Source: Pontiella sp.
Lineage (GTDB): Bacteria > Verrucomicrobiota > Kiritimatiellia > Kiritimatiellales > Pontiellaceae
Length of the DNA: 64,000 nt
Reading direction: 5' to 3'
NCBI GenBank assembly: GCA_050290185.1
Contig: JBNKHE010000002.1
Location: forward strand, 288,001 to 352,000
Part shown: piece by piece, positions 47,295-57,835 of the stretch
Position numbering within the stretch: position 1 is the first letter of the stretch
How the letters are laid out: every line of letters begins with the position of its first letter
Notes under the pieces: generated by a model
What the model was told of the DNA's origin: nothing
Databases searched by the model: none
The model's input: the letters and a program-made list of their open reading frames with translations, nothing else
Position numbers and translations under genes: made by a program

Positions 47295-50168
47295 ATGAAA
47301 AAACTGCGTATTTTGTCTATGGCTGTGTGGACAGCCTTATTAACGCTAAACACCACGGCCGCTCCGGCGGTCCTCCTGAACCGCTATAGTTTCAATGATA
47401 CCGGATCGGAAATCGCCATTGACTCTGTTGGTGGTCAAGATGGCTTGCTCCTGCCAGGAGCGATTCAATCTGGAGGTTCGGTTTACCTGGATGGAAATGC
47501 TTTGTCCTATGTCGAACTCCCGCCCTACCTGATTCATTCCAGTACAATCACCCAAAACGCGGTAACCCTCGAGTCTTGGGCGAGTTTTGGATATCTTTAC
47601 ACCTGGGCTAGGCTCTTCGACTTTGGCAATACCTATGCTCCAGAAGGCTCGGCAGGCAACTACCTGTTTTTTTGTCCCCACGGGCCGAATTCGGATATTC
47701 GCCTGATTGCCTCGTCCGCGTTCCCGCACGGATGGGAAAACGAGGATGGTGTTATCGTACCCGGCTCGCTGGACTATGTTGATGGCGTATACATTGCATG
47801 CGTAGTGGATTTCGGGCTCAATCGGGCGGCAATCTACATCAACGGTGCACTGGCTGGAGAGGACTCCTACTTCACAAAGAACCTGTGGGACATCAACAAT
47901 GTTTACAGCTTCCTTGGTAAATCCCTCTATACGGCAGATCCAAACATGATCGGTTCGATCGATGAGTTTCGAATCTATGATGGCGCGCTTTCCGCAACGA
48001 ATATTGCGGCCAACTTTCTTGACGGTCCCGATGGCCCGGCAGCTTTCTCGCTCGTCTCCTTTATCCCCCACGGCACGGGCATTACAAACCAACCCGTTCT
48101 GGAGGCGCTCATTGCGGACGGGAGCTCCGAGGTAGATCCAAGCTCCATTCTTCTGTCGCTGGACGGCATACCGGTCGCCCCGTATATCTCCAGGGACAGT
48201 TCGACCACTACCGTCAGTTATGCAGTCACCGACGTGTTGGAACCACTGAGCGCACACTCCGTTCGCCTCGTGGTAGCCGGAGTTAATCCGCCGACAGACC
48301 CCATCACCAACGCATGGACTTTTGTCGTGATCGGCAGTGGAGAACCAAAACGGGTTTACGTGGATGCCACCGATGGCCCGGACGGCAACACCAGAGTCTG
48401 GGATCCGAATACCTTCATGTTCACGGAATGGAATCCGCCGGGGGAAATCTACGATGAATATGATCAGCTATGGGAAAAATGGGAGTTCATCGCAAACAAC
48501 AATTCACTGTACGTGTCCCCGACTACCGAAGACTCCCCAAGACTGAGAACAACGGTCTCAGGAGTGGAAAACGGCGCATACAAAATCTACGCCTACGTCT
48601 GGGGCACCAATCCAGAGTGGGAGATGTGGACCATTCAGGCAGCACTAAACAATGCCGTCGGAAACCTCCCCGTCCACGACGCCACCAGTCAAGGTGTGAT
48701 AGAGCACTACCTGGACATCGATCCTGACGACTCATTCCACTACGTGTCCGCGGTCTATAGTTCCAGCATGAGCTGGAGTCCGTTTTCCAACGATGTAGAA
48801 ATCGCACAAGATCAATGGCGACTGTTCGAAATTCCTCTCGGCATCATGGCGGTCACCAGCGGCGAACTTTCCGTATACATCGACAACATCTACCTGCCTG
48901 CGATCTGGGGCATAAGCTACTACGACGGTATCGGATACGAACCTCTTGATGTTGATCCTGATACATTTGTCACTGGAGGCGGCTGGATTTGGTCTCCACC
49001 CGGCGCTCTCGCCAAGAGATATGACCCCACCACTGGCTCTGATGATCCTCCAGCAGAGACCACCATCGCCCATTGGGATTTTGCCGACCCCGGAGCAATG
49101 GATGGAGCTTTCATGCCCGGCAACCTTTACCGTGAGGATCTGGACGGCGACGGGGCCATGGACCCGGACGACTTTAGAATCAGCTCCTTGGATTTGTCTG
49201 GCAACGGAAACCACATTTCCGCTTTGACCAGCACCTACATAAAATGGAGCGCCGACAGCATCCAGGGTGATTTCAGCATGGTAAACGCCAACGACCTTCC
49301 TGCCGCCGGTACGGATTCCCAGTTCAACCCCTATATCACGGGAGTTGATGTAGAAACCATTACCCCCCAACAGTGGACGATTGAAGTGGTCTTCAAGTCC
49401 GACTACCTCGCACCCTATTGTACGCTTGTGGGTCGCAATGGCAATTTCGGCAATGCAGCAGCCCTGTACTTTTCGACACGCAACTCCGACCTGGCGATAG
49501 CCTACAGGGATGTCGACGGCGTTTATCATGAACTACAGGTGGCGGCCGGTTTTCGGGAGAACACATGGTATCGTGTAGCGGCCGTGAGTGACGGGACAAC
49601 CCTTATGCTCTACCTCGACGGTGAATTGATCGGGCTGCTGGATTTAACCGTCACGGGTACGGACACCGCATTGGCGCAAGGGTATGGCCAATGGACAGTC
49701 GCTCATGGCATGTGGGCGGGCAACTTTACCGACCGTTTTTATGGTGCAATTGATGAGATAGCGATTTCGGATGCGGCGTTGTCGCCGGAAACGTTTGTGA
49801 TCCAACCCTACGTCCCGGTGGAAGGCCGGGCAAACTTTGGCTTCAATGCCAAGTACAAGAAGGGCTCAACCTTGCCGGCCGGCCAGGCCGAGTTCCAGTT
49901 CAAGGTTGGCGATATGAACTTCCACAGCAGCGACTACGAATGGTTGGTGATCACAGGTGCGGACGCCATGCTTAAAGGCACGGGAACCATCAATCACGAA
50001 GATGGCTTTGGCTTCATGCTTACCGCGATCGACGGCAAGCTTCTCGACAACGGCGCAAGTGATCAAGTTCGTCTCCAGATCTGGGAAACGGCAACCGGCG
50101 AAGTTGTTTACGACAACCAAGCCGACACGACCTTGCACGGCGAAAATATTCAAATTCATTCCCGTTAA
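47295..50168 (+). CDS. Secreted multi-LamG protein with a split C-terminal FVTGGGWI...FGFNAKY domain
   Basis: Signal peptide; LamG WARLFDFG...GSIDEFRIYDGAL; second LamG; GGAGG RBS. Confidence 0.85.
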   Translation: MKKLRILSMAVWTALLTLNTTAAPAVLLNRYSFNDTGSEIAIDSVGGQDGLLLPGAIQSGGSVYLDGNALSYVELPPYLIHSSTITQNAVTLESWASFGYLYTWARLFDFGNTYAPEGSAGNYLFFCPHGPNSDIRLIASSAFPHGWENEDGVIVPGSLDYVDGVYIACVVDFGLNRAAIYINGALAGEDSYFTKNLWDINNVYSFLGKSLYTADPNMIGSIDEFRIYDGALSATNIAANFLDGPDGPAAFSLVSFIPHGTGITNQPVLEALIADGSSEVDPSSILLSLDGIPVAPYISRDSSTTTVSYAVTDVLEPLSAHSVRLVVAGVNPPTDPITNAWTFVVIGSGEPKRVYVDATDGPDGNTRVWDPNTFMFTEWNPPGEIYDEYDQLWEKWEFIANNNSLYVSPTTEDSPRLRTTVSGVENGAYKIYAYVWGTNPEWEMWTIQAALNNAVGNLPVHDATSQGVIEHYLDIDPDDSFHYVSAVYSSSMSWSPFSNDVEIAQDQWRLFEIPLGIMAVTSGELSVYIDNIYLPAIWGISYYDGIGYEPLDVDPDTFVTGGGWIWSPPGALAKRYDPTTGSDDPPAETTIAHWDFADPGAMDGAFMPGNLYREDLDGDGAMDPDDFRISSLDLSGNGNHISALTSTYIKWSADSIQGDFSMVNANDLPAAGTDSQFNPYITGVDVETITPQQWTIEVVFKSDYLAPYCTLVGRNGNFGNAAALYFSTRNSDLAIAYRDVDGVYHELQVAAGFRENTWYRVAAVSDGTTLMLYLDGELIGLLDLTVTGTDTALAQGYGQWTVAHGMWAGNFTDRFYGAIDEIAISDAALSPETFVIQPYVPVEGRANFGFNAKYKKGSTLPAGQAEFQFKVGDMNFHSSDYEWLVITGADAMLKGTGTINHEDGFGFMLTAIDGKLLDNGASDQVRLQIWETATGEVVYDNQADTTLHGENIQIHSR

Positions 50169-50205
50169 TGTGGTCGCATACCGTCACGGCGGATCACGCC
50201 TCACG

Positions 50206-51570
50206 CTACGGCATCGGCAGGCCGTCCATCGAGTGCAGCGACTTTTCGAGCAGCTCGTCGGGTAGCGGATAATCCTTCAGGTTGCCGTCGAAGAAGGCTT
50301 CGTAGCCCTTGAGGTCCATCAGGCCGTGGCCGGACCAGTTCATCAGGATGGTCTTCTGCTTGCCCTCCTCCTTCGCGCGTTTGGCTTCGCGGATGGTCTG
50401 AGCGATGGCATGCGACGTTTCGGGCGCGGAGATGAACCCTTCGGTCCGCGCGAACTGAACAGCGGCTTCGTAGCATTCGGTCTGGCCGATGGAGGTGGCT
50501 TCAATATGCCCCTCGTTCATGGCGTGGCTGACCATCGGCGCCATGCCATGGTAGCGCAGGCCGCCGGCGTGCAGCGGCGGCGGCACGAAGGTGTGGCCGA
50601 GGCTATGCATCGGCAGCAGCGGCGTCATCATGGCCACGTCGCCGGAATCATAGCGGTATTTCGCGCGCGTCAGCGTCGGACACGCTTCGGGCTCGGTCGC
50701 CACGATGCGGATATTCTGGCCGTGCATGCGGTCATTGATAAACGGGAACGCAATGCCCGCAAAATTGGACCCGCCGCCGGCGCAACCGATCACGACATCG
50801 GGATAGTCGCGGATCTTCTTCATCTGCGCCTGCGCTTCGAGGCCAATCACGGTCTGGTGCAGCATCACGTGGTTGAGCACGGATCCGAGGGCATAGCGGG
50901 TATCCTCGCGTTGCACGCATTCCTCGATCGCTTCCGAGATGGCGATGCCGAGGCTGCCGGGAGTGTCCGGATCTTCGGCCAGGATCTTGCGGCCGGTTTC
51001 GGTTTCCATGCTCGGGCTGGGAACGCAGTTGCCGCCCCAGGTGCGCATCATGATCTTTCGGAACGGTTTCTGGTCGAAGCTGATGCGGACCATGAAGACC
51101 TTGCATTCGATGCCGCCTACCATCGCGCAGGCAAACGACAGCGCCGAGCCCCACTGCCCCGCCCCGGTTTCGGTGGTGAGCTTCTTGATGCCGAACTGCT
51201 TGTTGTACCACGCCTGCGGAATGGCGGTGTTGGGCTTGTGGCTACCGGCGGGCGAAACGCCTTCGTTCTTGTAGTAGATCTTGGCCGGGGTGCCGAGCGC
51301 CTGCTCCAGGCGGCGAGCGCGGTAGAGCGGCGTCGGACGCCATATTTTCAGGTAGCCCATGATTTCGTCGGGAATGTCGATCCAACGCTCGGTGCTGACC
51401 TCCTGCTCGATCAGGTTCATCGGGAAGACCGGTGCCAGCGCCTCCGGGCCGATCGGGTTGCCAGCCACATCCACTGGTGGCGGCATCGGATGCTCGAAAT
51501 CGGCCGCCAGGTTGTACCACTGCTTCGGTAGTTCGTTTTCGGTTAACGTCACCTTGATCGCTTCACTCAT
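50206..51570 (-). CDS. trpB: TrpB2-type tryptophan synthase beta chain
   Basis: WRPTPL.RA..LE, SPAGSHKPNTA, TETGAGQWG, GSLGIAISEA, GSVLNHV, GGGSNF, HAGGLRYHG, APETSHA, SGHG. Confidence 0.93.
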   Translation of the reverse strand: MSEAIKVTLTENELPKQWYNLAADFEHPMPPPVDVAGNPIGPEALAPVFPMNLIEQEVSTERWIDIPDEIMGYLKIWRPTPLYRARRLEQALGTPAKIYYKNEGVSPAGSHKPNTAIPQAWYNKQFGIKKLTTETGAGQWGSALSFACAMVGGIECKVFMVRISFDQKPFRKIMMRTWGGNCVPSPSMETETGRKILAEDPDTPGSLGIAISEAIEECVQREDTRYALGSVLNHVMLHQTVIGLEAQAQMKKIRDYPDVVIGCAGGGSNFAGIAFPFINDRMHGQNIRIVATEPEACPTLTRAKYRYDSGDVAMMTPLLPMHSLGHTFVPPPLHAGGLRYHGMAPMVSHAMNEGHIEATSIGQTECYEAAVQFARTEGFISAPETSHAIAQTIREAKRAKEEGKQKTILMNWSGHGLMDLKGYEAFFDGNLKDYPLPDELLEKSLHSMDGLPMP

Positions 51571-51910
51571 GCAGCACCCCTTGTGGTTGAATAGTTACGC
51601 TGGAAAAACAACTGGCAGTTGTAGCCGCTTGCCGGTACAGGGTCAAGAAACATGGAATTACATTAGGTGTTTTTGTGTTCCGCTGTCCATGCACGACGGG
51701 TTGGTCTCACACAGCGCAACCGAGATAACAGAGGTTTATTTAATCCTACCCGTTCATTTCTCTACTAGCTCTGCGTGACACTCCCCATGTGTTCGCCAGA
51801 AGGCTTAAATCTCACACAGAGCAACGGAAATAACGGTGTTTTTTACTATTCCATAAATAATCGTCGATGGAGCTGAACAATATGCGAGTAATACGGTCAC
51901 ATTATACATC

Positions 51911-52540
51911 ATGAAAATAAAATCGATTCCCTTCACGCTCTTTACCGCCCTTCTGGGTCTTCTCATAATACCAGTGCCAGCCCGGTCGGAAATTCCTCAA
52001 CCGCAAATCAGCCTCTCGGCCACCAACGCCCCCGCCCTGACGTTAGGTATCTCCAACGTGGCCACCGGCGGCACCTACCATGTCGAGCAAACCGGCCAGC
52101 TGACAACCAACAGCAACTGGAAGGAGGTCTATTCGTTCGAGGGATCGGTCGGCGACACCAACTGGAACACGGCGGCCTCCACCAACGCAGAATTCTACCG
52201 GGTCGTCAGGGAGCCCTATCACGCCAAGGTCGGGCAAGTTGCAACATTCACCACGTATTACCATGGCGTGAGCGGCACGGCGCACATCGTCAACAACCAC
52301 ACCATCGAGCTGCGCAACTTCACCTACGACGCTACCGGAATCGACGTGCGGGTGATCGTGTCCCCCAACGCCTCGTTCAGCCCCTATACAGTTATCAGCG
52401 AGGACCTGCTCGGGCCCGCCTTCTCGAATGCCACCCTCACCCTCACCGTGCCGGGAAGCATCGATCTCAACTACGTGTCCTACATCAGCATTTGGTGCGT
52501 TCCTCTAGGAATCAACTTCGGCGACGGCATGTTCCAATAG
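51911..52540 (+). CDS. Secreted DM13-domain protein with an N-terminal FYR-type domain
   Basis: Signal peptide; YHVE...L....W...EFYRV; H.VSG.A...F.YD..G.D...SIWC....NFG (DM13). Confidence 0.75.
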   Translation: MKIKSIPFTLFTALLGLLIIPVPARSEIPQPQISLSATNAPALTLGISNVATGGTYHVEQTGQLTTNSNWKEVYSFEGSVGDTNWNTAASTNAEFYRVVREPYHAKVGQVATFTTYYHGVSGTAHIVNNHTIELRNFTYDATGIDVRVIVSPNASFSPYTVISEDLLGPAFSNATLTLTVPGSIDLNYVSYISIWCVPLGINFGDGMFQ

Positions 52541-52760
52541 CTGCAATGCTTCCATATTCGCGATTCGCCAATTTTGAATCTTGAGACCTCACCCCGTTGC
52601 CTATCTGCAACGGCATGTATGGTTTTCCCGGATTTTTATGCACATGCGCCATCCTATGCATAGGAAATGAGGGCTCTTCGCATATTTTTGTGGCAACGAA
52701 TATTCCGGTAGGTTGGAGTCGTTGCTACGAGGGTTTAACACACCGACCTGTGGAATTTCA

Positions 52761-53516
52761 TTAGCGCTCGGAATCCTCTACCCATTCGACATCCCCATCA
52801 AGGCCGCTGGGCTCACACACATCCCGGACGACCCGCTCGCCATCCACCTCTGGCCCGTATATTTTCAGCCAGATCCCCATCAGTTCGTCCTCGGAAATCT
52901 TGTTTTCATCATATCCCAGAGTAACAGTGCCCGGTTCAGAGACCGCAATCCGGTTGAACTTTTCTTCCAGCGTCAGCTTTGTCGTCCTGAGCGTCACGCT
53001 TTTACCCGGCTCGATAAGGCTTACCAAACCCGTCCCGGGACCGACATGCTTTATGGTTTCGTGATTACGACTGCTGACCCTCACGAAATACATGCTCTCA
53101 AGCCTCAAGCCCACGATCTGCCGCTTTGAGCGGTTTGTCAGCGTGACTTCATAACAGATGACCTCCCCCTTGCTGAAACCATTGGCCACACCTCCCATCT
53201 TTTTCCTATTGAAGCTTTCGAGCCTTTTCTTCTTGAAGGAAATCCGCAGGCTTTTTTCCGACAATACGCGATTGGCGTCGGCCCATTGCCTAATGTAGGT
53301 CTGGTCATCCGCTGAGAACCGTTTGGGCGAAACCCAGAAACGCTGGCCATCCTCCCGCTCCAATTGGATGGTTCCTTTCACGGAATCGACCGAAACGATT
53401 CTGGCTTCAACAGCGCGCCCCTGCTCATCGGTGAAGACACGGATGCCATTTTCTGCCGACGCTTGCAATCCAGATGACAACAGCACGGCCACCAGCCCCA
53501 CAATGATACACTTCAT
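52761..53516 (-). CDS. Secreted SHD1-domain protein
   Basis: Signal peptide; R.FTD..GR.VEA.....L.R.DG......FS.DDQ.YI..W. Confidence 0.75.
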   Translation of the reverse strand: MKCIIVGLVAVLLSSGLQASAENGIRVFTDEQGRAVEARIVSVDSVKGTIQLEREDGQRFWVSPKRFSADDQTYIRQWADANRVLSEKSLRISFKKKRLESFNRKKMGGVANGFSKGEVICYEVTLTNRSKRQIVGLRLESMYFVRVSSRNHETIKHVGPGTGLVSLIEPGKSVTLRTTKLTLEEKFNRIAVSEPGTVTLGYDENKISEDELMGIWLKIYGPEVDGERVVRDVCEPSGLDGDVEWVEDSER

Positions 53517-53777
53517 CAACACCTCCGATTATCAGGCGATAACCTATAAAACGAGGGAATCAGAGACAAGAGAACATCTCATGCATTGCAAAGACCTCCC
53601 GGTCTGGCCGGAAGCTGCAGGAGCTTCATCTTCCGCCGCTTTCCAAGGCCCTTTGATCCCCAAATCTTGGTACATTTTACTAATCTTATATATAAGTTTT
53701 TATTGTTGCTGTTTCTTTTCTTTTATATGTCATTCCATTGGTGGCAATGAAGCCCCGTTACCCAAAGGAGAGCAGGA

Positions 53778-54047
53778 ATGAAGAGAAGCAAATGGTTGAA
53801 ACTTATGACTGTGGCAATGATTGCATGCTTGGCTAGCGCTTTTGCGGCGGAAACCGGGCCCATCAAGGGCAACCCCGAAAGCAAGATCTACCACAAACCG
53901 GCGTGCCGCTTCTACAACGCAAAAAGCAGTACGAAGGAATTCAAGTCGGAAGCTGAAGCCAAGAAAGCCGGATACAAACCCTGCAAGCAGTGCGCCACCC
54001 CGAAAAGGGAAAAGAAAGAAACCACGTCCGCTGAACAAACCGAGTAG
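53778..54047 (+). CDS. Small secreted Ada-type metal-binding protein
   Basis: Signal peptide; GN..SKIYH...C...F.SE.EA..AGY.PC..C. Confidence 0.8.
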   Translation: MKRSKWLKLMTVAMIACLASAFAAETGPIKGNPESKIYHKPACRFYNAKSSTKEFKSEAEAKKAGYKPCKQCATPKREKKETTSAEQTE

Positions 54048-54068
54048 ACCGACGTATAAGTACACGGC

Positions 54069-54100
54069 AAGCTCCGGGCAACGTGCCCGGAGCTTTTTTC
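54069..54100 (+). terminator. Intrinsic terminator
   Basis: AAGCTCCGGGCA-ACG-TGCCCGGAGCTT-TTTT. Confidence 0.85.
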
Positions 54101-54184
54101 TTTTGGTTCATGATGGATTGCTTTTGGTTTTTCTTCACGGACCATTTCACGTAGCTTGTCCGGAATATTGAATGGGGAATCTGG

Positions 54185-55600
54185 ATGGAAGATCTGAGCA
54201 AGTTGTTAAGCGCCCTGTACGGTGAAGTGGTTTGGGGCCGTTCGATGATCATCCTTCTGGTGGGCACGGGCCTGTATCTGACCGTCCGCCTGTTGTTCGT
54301 ACAGGTACGCCACCTCGGCCATGCCATCGCCTGTGTTTTCGGGAAATACGATCAACCGGAGGAAAACGGCGATATATCTCACTTCAAGGCCCTCTCCACG
54401 GCCCTGTCGGCCACCATCGGAACCGGCAATATTGCCGGCGTCGCCACCGCCATCGTAGCGGGCGGACCCGGCGCGGTTTTCTGGATGTGGGTAACGGCGC
54501 TCGTCGGCATGGCTACCAAGTTCACCTCCTGCACGCTGGCTGTAAAGTACCGCCGGATCCATGCAGACGGATCGGCCAGCGGGGGCCCGATGTACTACCT
54601 TTCCATGGGGCTGAAAAACAAAAAACTCGGAGCCCTGCTCGGCGGCTCATTCGCCCTGTTCGGCATGATCGCCTCGTTTGGCATCGGCAACATGGTGCAG
54701 GCCAATTCCGTGGTTGACGGACTGGGCTACCTATTGCCGGAAATGTTGCAGTCGGGAGGATTCACGCTTTTTGGCTTTGGCATTTCCTGGATGAGCCTGA
54801 CCACCGGCCTGATTCTCTCCTTCCTGACGGGAATTGTTATTCTTGGCGGCATCAAACGCATCGCCAATGTCGCGGGAATCATCGTCCCCTTCATGTGCGC
54901 CTTCTACGTGATCGGAGCGGTCATTATACTGCTCCTGAATATCGAAGCGATTCCGGGAGCTTTCGCACAAATCGTTAAATACGCCTTCACCCCCTATGCC
55001 GTCGGAGGCGGCATATTTGGAACCGCCATCCGCTACGGCGTGGCGCGCGGCGTCTTTTCCAATGAATCCGGACTGGGCTCCGCTCCGATCGCCCATGCGG
55101 CGGCCAAAACCAGCGAACCGGTGCGCGAAGGTACCGTCGCCATGCTCGGCCCCTTTATCGATACTCTGATTGTCTGCACCATGACGGCGCTGGTCATTCT
55201 GGTTACGGGCGCAAACCACAGTGATTTCAACGGCGGCGCGCTGACCGCCCATGCCTTCGAAAAGGGATTGTTCGGCTATGGACAATATCTCGTCGGCATC
55301 GGACTTATGTTCTTCGCCTATTCGACGCTGATTGCCTGGTCGTACTACGGCGACCGCTGCGCCGAATTTCTCTTCGGCGAAAAGGCGATCCCGATCTACC
55401 GCTGGGTCTACGTCGGCTGCATCACCATCGGCGCGGCCGGCGGATTGAAGATGATCTGGAATATCGCCGACGCCTTCAACGCGCTGATGGCCATCCCCAA
55501 CCTGATCGGCCTGATCTTGCTCTCCCGCGTGGTCGCCAACGAAATGAAACGCTATTGCATCCGCCTGAAAAACGGTGACTTCCGCAAGCCGGAATTATAA
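54185..55600 (+). CDS. Sodium:alanine/glycine symporter (AGCS family)
   Basis: ALSATIGTGNIAGVA, GGPGAVFWMW, GGPMYY, GVFSNESGLGS, IDTLIVCT, LMAIPNL. Confidence 0.95.
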   Translation: MEDLSKLLSALYGEVVWGRSMIILLVGTGLYLTVRLLFVQVRHLGHAIACVFGKYDQPEENGDISHFKALSTALSATIGTGNIAGVATAIVAGGPGAVFWMWVTALVGMATKFTSCTLAVKYRRIHADGSASGGPMYYLSMGLKNKKLGALLGGSFALFGMIASFGIGNMVQANSVVDGLGYLLPEMLQSGGFTLFGFGISWMSLTTGLILSFLTGIVILGGIKRIANVAGIIVPFMCAFYVIGAVIILLLNIEAIPGAFAQIVKYAFTPYAVGGGIFGTAIRYGVARGVFSNESGLGSAPIAHAAAKTSEPVREGTVAMLGPFIDTLIVCTMTALVILVTGANHSDFNGGALTAHAFEKGLFGYGQYLVGIGLMFFAYSTLIAWSYYGDRCAEFLFGEKAIPIYRWVYVGCITIGAAGGLKMIWNIADAFNALMAIPNLIGLILLSRVVANEMKRYCIRLKNGDFRKPEL

Positions 55601-55675
55601 CCAAAACAAGCGATTGTAATGGCTGCAACCCGTCATAGGCGTCTACGTTGACGGAGAAACCAACGGGAGAATGCC

Positions 55676-55861
55676 ATGAATGAAAACCGCACAACCGTAA
55701 CCGACGTTGCCATTCCTTTCGGCCGCATGGTGATCATCATTCTCAAGTTCATGCTCGCATCCATTCCCGCCGTACTGCTGTTCTACGTGATCATGATTCC
55801 GGTCTTCATGCTCTTCGGACTGGGGCTGGGCGGCTGTACCGCACTGATGGCGGCCCCATAG
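55676..55861 (+). CDS. Small membrane protein
   Basis: V.DV.IPF.RMV...K..LASIPA; GGGAG RBS. Confidence 0.6.
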   Translation: MNENRTTVTDVAIPFGRMVIIILKFMLASIPAVLLFYVIMIPVFMLFGLGLGGCTALMAAP

Positions 55862-55878
55862 CCGGAATAAAGGGCTCC

Positions 55879-56136
55879 ATGAATCCTGGCTATATAAAGC
55901 TTCTGCGATGGCTGACCATTGCAACCGCCCTTGTCATGATGGTTATCTTCGGTCATTACTGGAATGTAAGAAAGGTCGCCCTCTCCATTCTTATTCTCTA
56001 CGACCTGATGCTCCTGCTTCTTTCGCTGTGCTTACTCGCAATGATCATGACTGATGCCGGCGAGAAGCGGAAAAATATAAACGCCATCGTCTTCCTGATC
56101 GCCGGAGTTCTATCGCTTTTCTTCGTTTTCAGCTGA
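55879..56136 (+). CDS. Small membrane protein (3 TM)
   Basis: Three hydrophobic helices. Confidence 0.5.
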   Translation: MNPGYIKLLRWLTIATALVMMVIFGHYWNVRKVALSILILYDLMLLLLSLCLLAMIMTDAGEKRKNINAIVFLIAGVLSLFFVFS

Positions 56137-56144
56137 CCGGACGA

Positions 56145-57830
56145 TCAGGCAAAGAGTCCGGAAATGAGGTCGGAGCCCATTTCATCCAGTCCCTTCATCT
56201 GCTTGGAGGATTCGAGCAGGTCGGAAAGCGACAGCAGCTCTTCTAGCAGGATCATGCGGGCCACGTACTGGCTGTTTGCCGGAACATTGAGCTGCAGCTT
56301 GTTCTCATCCTGGATCAGCGTGAATGCCATATCGTCCTTGCGCACCTGATAGGTCGGCTGTTCGGTATGCAGGTTGTGCACGAAAAACTCTTCCTGTTGC
56401 ACGGCATGGATATAGCGATGCAGCAAAAACTCGGCAATGTCGTGCGAGGGAAAATCGAGTTCGATCACCTCGATGTTCTCGACACCGCCCACCATCTCTT
56501 TTCGAACCCCCGAGCCCCCCTCGAAGGATTTAACCAAAAGCGGCGGAGCCAGCATCGTCGTCACCACGGTCATCATGATGGCGACGCCAAAGACTCCCTG
56601 ATCAATGACGCCAGCGGCCAGCCCGATGCCGGCAACGATCAGCGCCACTTCACCGCGCGGCAGCATGCCGAGTCCGATGCGTAGCGAACCGCGCAGATTG
56701 AACCGCATCAAATAGGCCGGCAGGCCGCACCCGACCACCTTTGCAAAAACGGCGAGCAACGAATAAACACCCCCGAAAAGCAGGATGGGTTTCATGGCGG
56801 AAAAGTCGACCATCATGCCCATCACACAGAAAAAGATAGGAACCAGAATATTGTAGACGCCTTCGAGGTTGTGTTCGATTTCGTGCGCCAGATCGGTGCG
56901 GGATAGTGCAAGCCCCATGATGTAGGCACCGATAATCATTGCCAGCCCGGCCAACTCCGCCAGCCCGGCCAGCAGTAGCGCGAGCCCGAAACAGGTGGAA
57001 ACCATCACTTCGCGCGAATGGAACTGCTTGATGGCAGCCGTAATCTTGCGGGCAAAGGCCAGTCCCAGTGCCGTGACCACCACGAAAAAGCCGATGGCCT
57101 TGAGGGCTATGAATCCAATCTTGGCCCAGTTGACGCCGCCCCCTTCCATCTCAACTTTTGCCATCCCCATGACGATGGCCAGCGTAACGATGCCCAGCAC
57201 ATCGTCGAAAACCGCACCAGCCAGGATGGTGACGCCCTCCGGGGAAGCCATCTTGCGCTTTTCAGCAAGAATGCGGGCGGTGATGCCCACCGAGGTTGCC
57301 ACGGAGATCACCCCCAGAAACAAGGCGGCCGGATCCATGAACGAATGGATGCCGTTATCCGGCCACAACACGGCGCACAAGTCGCCTAGCAGAAAGGCGA
57401 ACAGCAATCCGCCCAGTCCGACAAACGAGCCCACCACAGAATATCGCAAGAACGCCGCAAGGTCCGTTTCCAAACCGGCGAGAAACAGCAGGATGATCGA
57501 TGCCAACGTGGCAATGCCGTAGAGTTCAGCAGAAGCTGCCAGCCCGTCGTGTTCGGCAAAAAGAATACCGATGCCTGAAATATGGATCATTCCGCCCAGT
57601 GCATAGGGCCCGATCAGCATGCCGGAGGCGAGCTCACCCAGCACGGACGGTAGCTTGAGAAAGCGCTGGAAGAGAAACCCGCCGATCTTGGCGGCAATGA
57701 TGATAATGGCCAACTGGAGGATCAGCAGCATCATCACATGCGTGATGCCGTGGCCGGAGGCTTCGGTCAGATCAACAGCCGCGCCAACGTGCTGGACGGC
57801 GTTTGTGGCGGCATGGACGACTTCTGGCAT
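56145..57830 (-). CDS. CPA2-family cation:proton antiporter with a C-terminal soluble extension
   Basis: PSVLGEL..G.LIGP, LF.AGLETD, ATSVGITARIL, AVFDDVLG, GMLPRGEVALI. Confidence 0.9.
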   Translation of the reverse strand: MPEVVHAATNAVQHVGAAVDLTEASGHGITHVMMLLILQLAIIIIAAKIGGFLFQRFLKLPSVLGELASGMLIGPYALGGMIHISGIGILFAEHDGLAASAELYGIATLASIILLFLAGLETDLAAFLRYSVVGSFVGLGGLLFAFLLGDLCAVLWPDNGIHSFMDPAALFLGVISVATSVGITARILAEKRKMASPEGVTILAGAVFDDVLGIVTLAIVMGMAKVEMEGGGVNWAKIGFIALKAIGFFVVVTALGLAFARKITAAIKQFHSREVMVSTCFGLALLLAGLAELAGLAMIIGAYIMGLALSRTDLAHEIEHNLEGVYNILVPIFFCVMGMMVDFSAMKPILLFGGVYSLLAVFAKVVGCGLPAYLMRFNLRGSLRIGLGMLPRGEVALIVAGIGLAAGVIDQGVFGVAIMMTVVTTMLAPPLLVKSFEGGSGVRKEMVGGVENIEVIELDFPSHDIAEFLLHRYIHAVQQEEFFVHNLHTEQPTYQVRKDDMAFTLIQDENKLQLNVPANSQYVARMILLEELLSLSDLLESSKQMKGLDEMGSDLISGLFA

Positions 57831-57835
57831 TGGGC

